Below, piece after piece: positions 14,468-29,040 of a stretch of 64,000 bases of DNA. Position 1 is the stretch's first letter, and each line of letters opens with the position of its first letter. The notes under the pieces were generated by a model. That model made no database searches. It was not told the origin of the DNA and was given only the letters and a program-made list of their open reading frames with translations. The stretch spans positions 147,684,001 to 147,748,000 of the forward strand of contig OX597814.1 in NCBI GenBank assembly GCA_951406725.2, given 5' to 3'. Made by a program: the position numbers and the translations under genes. The DNA comes from Octopus vulgaris. Lineage: Eukaryota.

Positions 14468-14881
14468 GCCACCACTGTATTCACAGACACACTCTACTCA
14501 CACGTTGAAAGATTTATAAGTGATTGCATAGACACTTTAGAGTAAGAGTTTGTTGATGTGAAGCCTTGAAAATAAAAGAAAAAAAAACGAAGAACGTAAT
14601 TGATTTCCAGCTAATGAATATAACACATTTAGCTAGGTTTAGCCGTTGCAATAATATTGAGTATTTATTGTGTGGAACATCATTGTGGTCTGTGGATTTT
14701 AATAGACACAGTAGTCATACAGGAAGTTGTTATCAATATAAAGAAGCCCACTAGATGATATGCAGGTGAGGATAATGGAAGAGTCAAGCACAAATATAGT
14801 TGCAGAATAATACATAAAAATCTATAGTGAAACAGCGACAGATCCCTTCCATATAAATACCACACACACACACACACACAC

Positions 14882-14953
<72 letters not shown>

Positions 14954-15185
14954 TGTTGTATAATATGTGATGTTAACTAATTTGTGAGGTGGGATAAATA
15001 AACACTACCTTAGTTACTTGGATACGAAGGACAACATTACCATTTTGTAAGCTCCATTTTGAGGGACAACATCACCGTTTTGAACTCATTATAAATTTTT
15101 CATATAATTTTAATATGACGTGCATGAGTAAATACTTACAGAGTTTCGTCTGTAACTACCAAACCTGAGGCAACATTTGTTGGTG

Positions 15186-15353
15186 CCAGGGTGTCGAGCT
15201 GCCTTTACGTTCTGAATTCAAATTCCTCCGAGGTCGACTTCGCCTTTCATCCTTTCAGGGTCGATAAATTAAGTACCATTGCGTAGTGGGGTCGATGTAA
15301 TCGACTGGCCCCCTCCCTCAAAATTTCGGGCATTTTGCCTGAGTAGAAAAGAA
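15186..15353 (+). mobile_element. SINE family B copy, short-tail type
   Basis: gaggtcgacttcgcctttcatcctttcagggtcgataaattaagtacc. Confidence 0.85.
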
Positions 15354-16034
15354 TATTTGTTGCTGTCAATATAAGTGCAATTTTTCTCGTCAATATTCTC
15401 TGCTTGCTTTTGTTTTAACAGCATCAATTATTTGTTAGGTAGATTTTCTGTAATGATACGGCAAATCACCTACACAATCACTTTTTTTTTTCGAAACCTA
15501 CATAATTTAATTTCACTAATTATTTTTATTATATGCAAATACGTAATACTTTCAAACCAGTACTTCTTAAACCTTTCAACCCAGCTTTTACTACCCAGTA
15601 AAGGTTCTACGTTTGAATTTTAATTTTCCTTTCTCTGAAAATCTCCATTCAAACTGTGTGCTTTATTTCAATACTGTTGTGCTTATCGGCACAATGCGCC
15701 GAGTTTGATATCCGATTTATATACCCAAGAGCCTTCCCGTTTCATGCTTCATATTAGAACGCTTGACTTAATCTAGTGTCTTTTGTTACGTATTGTTCTC
15801 ACTGTAGACGCAACGAGCTTTAATGTTTAAACAATGCGGCTGTCTTTTCTTTTTCTTTTCTCCTGTATCAAACTTTTATAAAATCCTGTATTTGATATCA
15901 AGTATGATTTTTTAGGGAACCTTTCGCAATACTACTTCGCGTCTACTTGATGGATTCTTTCTAAATATCTTGAAGTACAGGTAAATCCAGTAGTGGTGGT
16001 GGTCAACAATCAGCCATAATTATTATGAAGCAAA

Positions 16035-16110
16035 AACAGAAGTTTTTGATCCCACAAAACAGCTTTGTTTTGTAGGACAGGTCAGTTTTGTGGGCGTAAA
16101 AACTTTTGTT
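16035..16110. repeat. Degenerate 76-bp palindrome (MITE-like)
   Basis: aacagaagttttt pairs with aaaaacttttgtt; cccacaaaac pairs with gttttgtggg. Confidence 0.7.
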
Positions 16111-16855
16111 CTATTTCAATGCAAGTAAGAATGGAAACAAGAAAATGGAAGGGTGAAGGAATGAGGTGGAAGGGATTATTGTATGGTTAATTGGAAGCTT
16201 ACCAGGTTCACAAACACACACACACACACATACATCGTTGTATTGACATACAATGTATGAAGCAGGCAAATATTGCTATTATACCAATAGTTTTCAACCA
16301 TTTTAATATCCGGGACAGATCCAAAACCTTACTCTTATTAGCGGACCGCACGGAAAAATAAACCTAAAAGAGAGCAAAAGACAAACAAACAAACAAACAT
16401 AAAACACACATCAATTAGAGAAAGCAGTTGAGATCGCCGGAAGGGTGCTTGAGGGCTGATTGCGTCCCTGGGAGTCATACGCGTCCCTGCTGAGAATTGT
16501 TGTATTATATCATTATAAAATTATTGTTGCCAGTTGGCTGTTGAAAAGTCGGTAGATTGGTAGTGGTGATGATCATATTGTTCTTGTTGTTTGCATTGCT
16601 CTAGCTGTTTGTTTTCAAGTCAGTCTCTATTGATCTAAGATCAAAGACATTCAGCGTAAAAATACGCTAGGATACTATATCGCATCAGGTTTCTCTTTAA
16701 CTTAATTTGTTCATATTATTGTTTATTTTGTTCATATTATTGTTATTGTTGATAGTGGTCATTAAAAGTTGTTGCGTTCATAATTGACTTTAGTTGCATT
16801 AATATATTATTTTGGTGCTAAGGATGATGAAAACTGGTTTGTGTGTGTGTGTGTG

Positions 16856-16962
16856 TATGGCTGTGTGGTAAGAAGCTTGCTTCCCAGCCATACAGACCCG
16901 CGTTCAATCCCACTGTGTGGTACCTTGGTCAAGTGTCTTATACTCTGGCCTTGGACCGACCA
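16856..16962 (+). mobile_element. SINE family A 5' fragment
   Basis: tggctgtgtggtaagaagcttgcttcccagcca...ccttggtcaagtgtctt. Confidence 0.8.
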
Positions 16963-17070
16963 ATATCTAACCTATCACCCACTGAAAAAATATTCAATAA
17001 CCACACCCCATATTACAACGAAGCGCCCGCTGACAATAGCTTCTCCAAACAAATAAAATACATCTCTAAT
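16963..17070 (+). pseudogene. Penelope-like element RT thumb fragment
   Basis: Translation ISNLSPTEKIFNNHTPYYNEAPADNSFSKQIKYI resembles the PLE IS.LSS.E.IF....PYY..AL..SG...I.Y segment. Confidence 0.6.
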
Positions 17071-17520
17071 TCTAGGCCCAAACAACATATATCTGAAGCC
17101 CTATCACAACGACATGCTACCCATCATAATCACAACAGACCATACATACACTATGCTAGAACCCCGGGAGAACCCAGATTAAGACAGCTTAGAGCCCACT
17201 AGCACACATAGAACACTACGTATGGGTATAGGTAAATAATGATACAGGCCTATATAATAATGTATATACACATTTATATGTGTGTGTGTGTGCGTGTGTG
17301 CGTGTGTGTCTGTGCTTGCGTATATGTGTACGCGCGTGTATAGATATACACATCTGTCTTTCTCTCTCTGAACTATCACTTTAGCTAGTACAATGAATAA
17401 CTACGTTTATTTTTAGAAACCTGATCATTATATTTTATTATTCTTCCCTTCTTTTTTGAGGTTTACTACTCACTTCACCACACACCCGTACCCTTTTCTT
17501 TGCATATCTCCCCACCTTAG

Positions 17521-18240
17521 TACCTATTTCTTTACTGCCCACAAGGGGCTAAACACAGAGAGGACAAAGAAGGACAGACAAACGGTTTAAGTCGATTATA
17601 TCGACGCAAGTGCGTAACTGGTACTTATTTAATCGACCCCAAAAGGATGAAAGGCAAAGTTGACCTCGGAGGAATTTGAACTCAGAACGTAGCGGCAGAC
17701 GAAATACCTATTTCTTTACTACCCACAAGGGGCTAAACACAGAGAGGACAAAGAAGGACAGACAAACGGTTTAAGTCGATTATATCGACGCCAGTGCGTA
17801 ACTGGTACTTATTTAATCGACCCCAAAAGGATGAAAGGCAAAGTTGACCTCGGAGGAATTTGAACTCAGAACGTAATGGCAGACGAAATACCTATTTCTT
17901 TACTACCCACAAGGGGCTAAACACAGAGAGGACAAAGAAGGACAGACAAACGGTTTAAGTCGATTATATCGACGCCAGTGCGCAACTGGTACTTATTTAA
18001 TCGACCCCAAAAGGATGAAAGGCAAAGTTGACCTCGGAGGAATTTGAACTCAGAACGTAGCGGCAGACGAAATACCTATTTCTTTACTACCCACAAGGGG
18101 CTAAACACAGAGAGGACAAACAAGGACAGACAAACGGATTAAGTCGATTATATCGACCCCAGTGCGTAACTGGTACTTATTTAATCGAACCCGAAAGGAT
18201 GAAAGGCAGAGTCGACCTCGGCGGAATTTGAACTCAGAAC
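17521..18240 (-). repeat. Tandem array of four 184-bp head-less SINE family B units
   Basis: Units start at 17521, 17705, 17889 and 18073 (period 184); junction gacgaaatacctatttcttt on the plus strand. Confidence 0.97.
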
Positions 18241-18608
18241 TGATAGAATTTATTGAAAAACTTTATTACCATTTACTTCGGGACTGGTAACCACTTTACG
18301 TGAGTTTCCCAGACCGTCTACACGTGTGATGAATCATGCTACTGAATTTCTGTTTGGATATATTTGGGGTTCTTAGTTGTACTCATGATTTTGCAAATGC
18401 CTTTTCGTGGCTATACGTGAGTGCTCCATTCATTTCTAAACGTGTTTCTCGTTGAAGAAGGAAGAATCCTTGTGGATTAACCCAGAAATCGGGTCTTATT
18501 TATAATTGTTTATATTTTTACGTTCAAAGGTATTTTAATATGGTGGTCACTGATAGAATTGTTTTGAAAAATTTCATCCTTATAATAGAAGTATATATAT
18601 ATGCATAC

Positions 18609-18714
<106 letters not shown>

Positions 18715-18760
18715 CGTATGTATGTTTGTATATATGTATGTGTATATGAATAGATATGTA

Positions 18761-18806
<46 letters not shown>

Positions 18807-19210
18807 ATACATACATACATATATGTATATATGCGTATGTGCACGTTTGTGTGTGTATATATATATATATATATATGTACATATGTAGACAAACGCACAC
18901 ACACATTCACATATTCATGTATGTTTGTATGTATGTCATTGTCGTTCGCCACTCAAGATAATTGACCTTTAGGAAACAGTACTTAGTTTATTTCTTGTAT
19001 GACAATGACAGAGCAATTTCTGGAGACAAGAACTTTGATGACAGGACAAGCCTTCAGAAATGATTTCACAAGTTCATACATGGGCGTAATATCTTCGCTC
19101 ATCTTTTGCAAATATGTAAAATTGCCTGAAAATTTACGGTAATATACGTCACGTTCGTAGCTGCGTGGGAAAATTGATCACTATGCACTAAATCCACTGA
19201 CTCACACTCA

Positions 19211-21124
<1,914 letters not shown>

Positions 21125-21959
21125 TGTGTAACAGAGAGAGAATGAGAGATGTATATATATATATATAGCGTCATAATAAATCAAAACCATTTAATTCTAA
21201 GAATAAAACAAAAAAAAAGAATTATTTTATATGAGACTTCAATAATGAATAGATAAATGTTGAAAAACGAACGGTGATTTTAATCGACATCATTTAATTA
21301 TTAAATATTCATAATTGGAATGAATAAATGAAATTGTGTATCAAGTATTTATGGAAGCTTGATTTACTGTGGGCTGACATTTGGCCAACCATGTATCTAT
21401 ATGAATGAGCATATATGTTTGTGCACGCGTGTGTGTGTGGAAAGACAATTGCATACGGATTAAGATATTCTCAATTACGCAAGCTTGCAATTACTTAGCT
21501 TTAGCTCTTATTGCTTTAATTTTATTGCTCCACTTGGGGTTATGCTTTAAGCTATCATTTAGCACATCGTAGTCTACTCAAGTATGAAATTATTGCTAAC
21601 CACGATATAACCAGGTGTAGAGAAATTGGTATTCCTCGATGAATTCAGCTAGGTAACATTTGAATGCTTAGAGATCTTTTTCTCCTTCGAATTATATCGA
21701 ATAAGACAAGATCGGCAAAGGTAAAAATGTTAATCACAATGTCCTTCCGCGATGTGAGCGCCACTTTCTTGGGATAACTTTGGGTGACTAGTGAACTTGA
21801 TAGCCGCGTAGGCTGCACTGTGTTCATGTAATAACACGTGTAATAATAGGCATCACGTGGGTACACACAAGTATGTGAGCATACAGAAGCACACACTGAC
21901 ACATACATCCATTTATAGATCCATCCATCTATACATATATACATACATACACACATGTA

Positions 21960-21981
21960 TCTATCTATCTATCTATAGATG

Positions 21982-22026
<45 letters not shown>

Positions 22027-22027
22027 G

Positions 22028-22058
<31 letters not shown>

Positions 22059-22078
22059 GTATATATATATATATATAT

Positions 22079-22172
<94 letters not shown>
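21960..22172. repeat. (GATA)n microsatellite
   Basis: Direct tandem repeat. Confidence 0.97.
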
Positions 22173-22580
22173 GAGAGACAGATATTCTCTGTATAGAATG
22201 CACTTTGTAGTGCACAAGAGTTTTACACTTAAACAGGTAGATGAGTAAACGTAAAGATAAGCAAGTTAGGCAAGTCAATACAGAAAAAAATATTAAATAC
22301 ATTTAATACAAAAATCTACAGAATACAAATGATATTAGGATTTAAAGGGGTTGAAAAAGAACTTTACGAGTCCAACAGCTGCTTCTGGGGACTTGTTGCT
22401 CCAAAATAATGATTACAATTTCATTCCTGATATCATTTCTATTATGTATAAGTCGAACCTTCTTGTATGTAAACATATGTATATCTTTTGTGTTAAATGT
22501 ATTTAATAATTTTTGTATGTCGACTTGCCCGCCTTGCTTATCCTTACATTTACTCCCAAATCCATATATCCATATATATA

Positions 22581-22638
<58 letters not shown>

Positions 22639-22763
22639 AAATAATTGAGATGGTAGACGTTTTTAATTTTCATTCCTTTCGAGAATTTATCCTTTTTTGT
22701 GGTTTTTGAGATTTCTGCTGCTCTTTCTAGCACAACACTTTCCTATTTGGAAGCTTCTTATTG

Positions 22764-22854
<91 letters not shown>

Positions 22855-22976
22855 ATATGTGTGTATGTATATGTGTGTGTGTGTGTGTATATATATACAT
22901 ATGTGTATATGTATAAGTGAGAGTCTCCTTATTTACCTAAAATAATGTGTATATATATATATACACACATATACAT

Positions 22977-23057
<81 letters not shown>

Positions 23058-23853
23058 AGGCCGATGTTTGGCTTAATAGTTAGAAACTTCGAAGTCACTG
23101 TAAATAATATTCTTGTTATAGAATAGTAATTCTGTACTCTACAAAAATATAGAGTAAGCCTTGAGAGAAATGTAAAATACTTTTCATTATAACTGAACAT
23201 AAAAACAAACATTATTCTGTATATATGCGTGTATGTTTGTGTGTATGTAAGTATGTATGTAAGTATGTATGTGTGTGTTGTGTGAATGTGTGTGTGTATG
23301 CTCATACCTTCATATATGTGCGTGTTATGGTGTTACAAACACATAAATATAATTGCTTGTATATACATATTACATACATGTGTGCGTGTTTGTGGCGTGT
23401 TTTCAAGGAAGAAGAAATATATTCGTATAGAATACTCAGAAGTCTTCATTATTTTTATAAGCAATGAGACTTGAGTTTTTCTTTTCAGCTTATAACCATA
23501 TATGAATACATGAATATAAATGTACTTTCATCTTTATGCAGACGCATTGCATATTTATATACGTTTCTACAGCTAAATATATTTATGAATACGCCACGTA
23601 AGTAAATGTTCAAATAATATCTAGCATCCGACAGCTATAAATATGTTCATTTTTTTCTAATTACTGTATGTTTCCAATTCTTAATCTGATATTCAAAATA
23701 TTTTCAGACATTTTAATTAAGCGGATTACCTAAACTTAAAATGAATATATCAGGAGAATCGCTGGTTAACTAATGGAATTTGAGTAGGATATATTTATGT
23801 ATACGTCTGTATAAGACGGTTTACGGTTGCACATTTATGTATGTATCTGTATG

Positions 23854-23889
<36 letters not shown>

Positions 23890-24301
23890 CATATGAATAT
23901 ATATATACTTATATATACACATATATACTCATATATATATGTATGTATATACATATATATACATATATATACATATATATTCATACATTCATATATATAT
24001 ATATTAGTTTTGATATAGTATACGTGTATATATTATCAATTCACAAACACTCATATACATAGACATTTGCATATATACGTATATGCGCGTGCTCATGTAA
24101 ATAAGTATGTATTTATACATGCATATATCAGTGAGTGTTTGCATTAATGTGTACGCGTACATACGTACATACATATTAACATATATATTCATATTTATAT
24201 ATATATATATACATATATATACATACATATATATATATATATATATACACACACAAAATGAATGGGGAAGGGAGAGAGAGATTTATGGACATATTTCTGT
24301 A

Positions 24302-25192
24302 CGAGGAGCATTCCAGAAGTTTTAAGAATATCTCTATATAGACATTTGTTAATTACAATTACAAGATTCTATTCTCCTTCAAAATTGGATCCTCTGGCTT
24401 CAGTACAATCGTAGCGCTCCAGGCATTTTGTGGTGACCTCGTGGAAGTTCTCCAAATTAAGGATAGTTGTGAAAGGACCTTGTCAAACCTTCCATCTTCT
24501 CAGTGTCTTCAAAACCACTGCTCATGTGTTTGGGGAACAGCTAAGGATCACAAGGTGCAAGGTCTAGACTGTATGGAGGGTGAGAGGCAGCTTTGATGCT
24601 CATCTCTGTCAAATAGTTGGTTAGAGGAATGGATGTTCAACACTAAGCTGTCTAGGATAAAATGTTTGCACAAATCTTTTACTTATTCATTTGTTCATGT
24701 ATTAATTATGTGTACAGTTGTCACACCAAAACCAAACTGCATACCTATTGTCTTTAAAGGCATAAGACGGTCTTCATCAAGAAAATTGCAAATATACTCC
24801 GCTAGCTCTGATTTTCTGACTTTCCCCTTCTTCCAAAACCTCTAAAAGTTTCCCTGACTCTTATGCCAGCAAAAAATTGATCCATAAGCAATCTGGAGCA
24901 TTTTATAAGTTGCTATGGTTTTGTTTCCCAGTTTAACACAAAATTTTATTGTGTAGCGAGTTTATAAACGTCCCAACTGCATTTTACTTGTTAGTCAAAT
25001 GTAACAAGTAGTATTTAGTAGAATCTTTCAAACAGCTGCTGCAACTACCTCCTTCGATGTGAAATAACCAATGTTTCCAGGTCAGCTTGTTATATATATA
25101 TATAGTAATGATATGTTAAAATTACAATAATCTAGGAGATGTATAACTGTCTTTCTTAAAAAATGGTCTCATAACTACTGGAATGAACCTCG
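24302..25192 (-). mobile_element. Internally deleted mariner-like DNA transposon
   Basis: TIR cgaggagcattccagaagttttaaga versus right-end reverse complement cgaggttcattccagtagttatgaga, left end preceded by TA. Minus-strand remnants IKFCVKLG..ATYKMLQIAYG and HPPYSLDLAPCD (YSPDLAP motif). Confidence 0.85.
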
Positions 25193-25195
25193 TGC

Positions 25196-25277
<82 letters not shown>

Positions 25278-25821
25278 TTGTCTATCTATCTACCTATCTA
25301 AATATATGGTGGGGTTGTATGTACACACTTACACTAACTATATATAACGAGAGAGAGAGGAGGGGAGGGAGATAACGGTGTTTGTGAAGTTGAAAACGAC
25401 AACGATGGCGGAAGCGGGACACTCGGCTAATAAACGAAAACGTCTTTTCTTACTTCTTTGCCATCTGTCCTTCTTTGACCACTATTGCCACGATATAACC
25501 TCTCATACAATACCACAATAAAGAATCGACCCGTTTAACCGAGTAGAAGCATCATATTTCCAATTCCAGCTGCATATTAAAATGGATTATATGAAAAGGG
25601 ATAACTTAGCAAGCAAGGAAGCGTATCATAACGTACTCGTGCTGATGGACATGTCTATGTTGTTGTTTGGATTATTGTTTATCATACTTAATGTCAACTA
25701 CTCACGAAAGGCAAATTAACTGCGTTATTAGTTCGGAGATAGAATCTCTTATGGACTCATTAAGTTTAAAAACAAAAATATATAAGAACCACACGAAAAT
25801 CATCCGGCAACGACGGTGAGA

Positions 25822-25866
25822 ATGCTAGACTCGTATTTCAGCGTTTTTAAGGCTGGTCAGTAGCAT
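25822..25866 (-). ncRNA. Degenerate minimal type-I hammerhead motif
   Basis: ATGCTA-CTGACCA-gccttaaaaacgct-GAAA-TACGAG-TC|TAGCAT: perfect 6-bp stem I, one core substitution (G8 to C). Confidence 0.5.
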
Positions 25867-26267
25867 GTGTTCACTGATCATCGCATAAATCTTTGTCAGT
25901 TTCTTCTATATTTGTAATTGTAACACAGAGACGCCTCTTTAGACCTTTTCATTTCTTGCCACCATGTGGACATTATACTTCATTGCACAAATGAAGCCTT
26001 CAATCATTACTGTGTCACCATTTTAATGCTAAACTTATATGACCGCAGTTTAGAATTTTTTTTGGATCACCTGTATTTCCTTGCGAATTTTGTATATTTT
26101 CAAAATTTATGTACAGTCGGTCATCTCTGGTACATCTTAATATCATAATCTAGTAGGTCATTGTATGTTAAACATCGTTTTTTACGACTATTGTTTTTAT
26201 AAGAACTCTCTTTTTGTACGTTACTTGCTTATACACACACACACACACACACACATACACACACACA

Positions 26268-26611
26268 GAGTGTTTAGTCAAATGGTTTGCAATACTTTGG
26301 AACTTAGCTTTATTCATCAAGTTATAACAAAAGTGGCCTAGCATTCGAAGTATGGCCATCATGTTGCATTGTCTAAAGCCACCTTTCTGCCAGTTCTTCG
26401 ATCCCATGCTGATTCCAGTTCATGTCATTTGAAGCAAAGAACTCTTTCACGGGAGCTTCTACCTCCGATTGGTTCAAAAACACTCACGAGCGCAGGAAGT
26501 GTGCCATGGATCAGAACATGGCCTCCGATTTGCATACTAGGCTGCTTGCGTTGTAATTTGACAAATAAATCAAATAAGCAAAATTTTGCAAAACTTTTGA
26601 CTGAGCTCAAT
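26268..26611 (-). mobile_element. MITE-sized mariner deletion derivative
   Basis: Imperfect TIRs (gtttagtcaaatggtttgcaatactt / gctcagtcaaaagttttgcaaaattt); minus translation SMAHFLR..EVEA.VKEFFASNDMNWNQHGIEELAERWL*TMQHDG is a mariner C-terminus. Confidence 0.8.
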
Positions 26612-26740
26612 GCATACATGCATACATATATACATACATACGTAGGTATGTACATACTTACACACATAAGTATACAAACACATGCGCGCACACACACACA
26701 CAAACACACACACACAAACACATACACACACACACACTCA

Positions 26741-26807
<67 letters not shown>

Positions 26808-26810
26808 ATC

Positions 26811-27840
26811 AGGTGTTGTAGTTTTGGTGAAGCATTGTGTGGGAAAACTTTAAACAATTCGAAACTGAAAACTTGGACGAATCCGGAACCCTCTTTCAGC
26901 TAGATTTCCAAGATCATAGAAGAGAGATCCATTTCAGCACGAAGCCGTTCGTACACAATGGACCAGACCTGTCCACCAGAGCCAAAGCCGCATACTTGCA
27001 AAATGAAATCACACGTATTAGAGACAGATGCAGCGAAGCAACTGACAAAGCTATCAACATCAGGTGGTTCCTCAAGAACTTAGCACACAACGGCTATTCA
27101 CCATTTTTAGCAAAATGATTGAGTCCACGAAACACGAAAGTGGATAAACCACATAAGAAGGTCCATAAGTCGGGAAAGTGCTTCATAAAACTGAACTATA
27201 TTGATGATAGAACATCTACAGCTATACAACATGGGATCCGAAAGGGAAAACTCATCACAGAAGTTGTGCACAGCATTCAATCCCTGAGGTAATTTCGATT
27301 GAGGAATAATACCAGAGATAGCATTGAGGGATTCACACTAACCAATTGTCCCATCGACGACCTAAAAGCGTGCTTGAGAACCTATGTGATATACGAAGCA
27401 GTTTGCAGTAAATGTAGGGCATCCTACATGTGGAGCATAACCAGGAAACTGTAAAAGAACATATGCACACGGACACTTCAATAACAAAACGCCTAATGAA
27501 GTGCTAAACCCAGAATTTTAATGTTACTACCAGGGTCACCATACGCAAAAAAGGCAATCGCAGAATCACGGAAGCCTTCCTTATAAACAAATTGAGAGAA
27601 GCTATTAAAAACAGGAATGGACTATATGAAGCACACACACTGTCTGCTCTAGCAACAGCAGTCTGATCATGTTACCGTTCTCCTTCCTTCTCCTTACCAA
27701 ATGTTCTGAAGAAAGGGTCATAACCCCGAAGTATAGAAACACAAGGTAAAACTGCAACTTTGTTTTGTTTTGTTTTCCTTTTTCTTTTCTAATTTACTTT
27801 TTACCTTATCGCACATTGTTTCCGCATAGCACAAGAAATC
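26811..27840 (+). mobile_element. 5'-truncated Penelope-like element: RT thumb, GIY-YIG endonuclease and 3' UTR, between (TA)n tracts
   Basis: RIRDRCSE...LAHNGYSP (RT thumb), CPIDD..CLRTYVIYEAVCSKCRASYMWSITRKL..KEH and RITEAFLINK (GIY-YIG), with stops. Hammerhead-like CTGAAGA-aagggtcataacccc-GAAG at 27706-27731. Confidence 0.85.
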
Positions 27841-28040
27841 TTATATATATGTATATATATAATTTGAAAACTCCACCAGAATGGAAGAAAGCGCTAATAT
27901 ATGATATATGATATAAGTTATATGATGTATAAAAACATGTAATATACAAATAAATATCCGTAAATATAAAACCATCCGAATTGCTGAGTACCTCGTTTCT
28001 TCTAATATAAAATACCTGTACATCATCTCCAAACCTACTA

Positions 28041-28055
<15 letters not shown>

Positions 28056-28071
<16 letters not shown>

Positions 28072-28432
28072 TATAAGTAGAAGGGACAGGCAACAGGTTG
28101 CTTTGCCGCATACCGAAAGAATTAGAAATAGCAGTCGGAGACTGTTTATTTCTATTTTCTACAAATGAGGCTCCACATACGACATAACCCTGCAATTCAC
28201 ATATGGAAAACAGAAGGAATATATAACGAAAATAAAGCCTAACGGTTAGGCTTTGTTTTCGTTATATATTCCTTCTGTTTTGCATATGTGAATTGCAGGG
28301 TTATGTCGTATGTGGAGCCTCATTTGTAGAAAATAGAAATAAACAGTCTCCGACTGCTATTTCTAATTCTTTCGGTATGCGGCAAAGCAACCTGTTGCCT
28401 GTCCCTTCTACTTATATATATGTATATATATA
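28056..28432. repeat. 377-bp near-perfect palindrome centred on 28244
   Basis: Unique arms 28075-28243 and 28245-28413 (169 bp, two mismatches by eye), extended by mirrored (TA)n. Confidence 0.97.
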
Positions 28433-28849
28433 GTGTGTGTGTGTGTGTGTATGTATGTATGTGTTGTCTATTTGAGTAGTTTAGTGTTTTATGAAGTAGT
28501 GTTATTGCACAGTTATGGAGTTTCAGTGGCATTTGTCATCTGAGATCCGCATAACTTCCACCAATAACGCTTACGCTAAGATATGTGCAAATGTTGGCTG
28601 CGCACTAAAGTACAAATAAACATCACAAACAGAAAGGACGTCTTCTATATCAAAGACTAAAACCTACTCACATATTGCAAATCATTCAAAAGACGACTAA
28701 CTCTATGAAATGCATAACTCATTTAGTTACCCCCAAGGAAAACAACACAAGCAACGTGATAGCGAATACATTAGCTCTTCACTTCGATCAGATTTTGCTA
28801 ACTTTATGAGAGAATTGTAATGTAAAACAGTGTTGAAACACTGAATATG

Positions 28850-28880
<31 letters not shown>

Positions 28881-28881
28881 G

Positions 28882-28939
28882 TATACATACATACATGCAT
28901 ACATACATACATACATACATACATACATACATACATACA

Positions 28940-28973
<34 letters not shown>

Positions 28974-29040
28974 CATACATACATACATACATACATACAT
29001 ACATACATACATACATACATACATACATACATACATACAC
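28882..29040. repeat. (TACA)n microsatellite
   Basis: Direct tandem repeat. Confidence 0.97.

Noticed and set aside
15916-15980. Possible 65-nt plus-strand exon (GTFRNTTSRLLDGFFLNILKY)
   Set aside because: Weak acceptor and no recognisable homology; the region may be decayed retroelement sequence.
17521-18240. CRISPR-like or ribozyme-containing array
   Set aside because: The units are near-identical with no unique spacers and there are no cas genes. I found no hammerhead core in the 184-bp unit on either strand.
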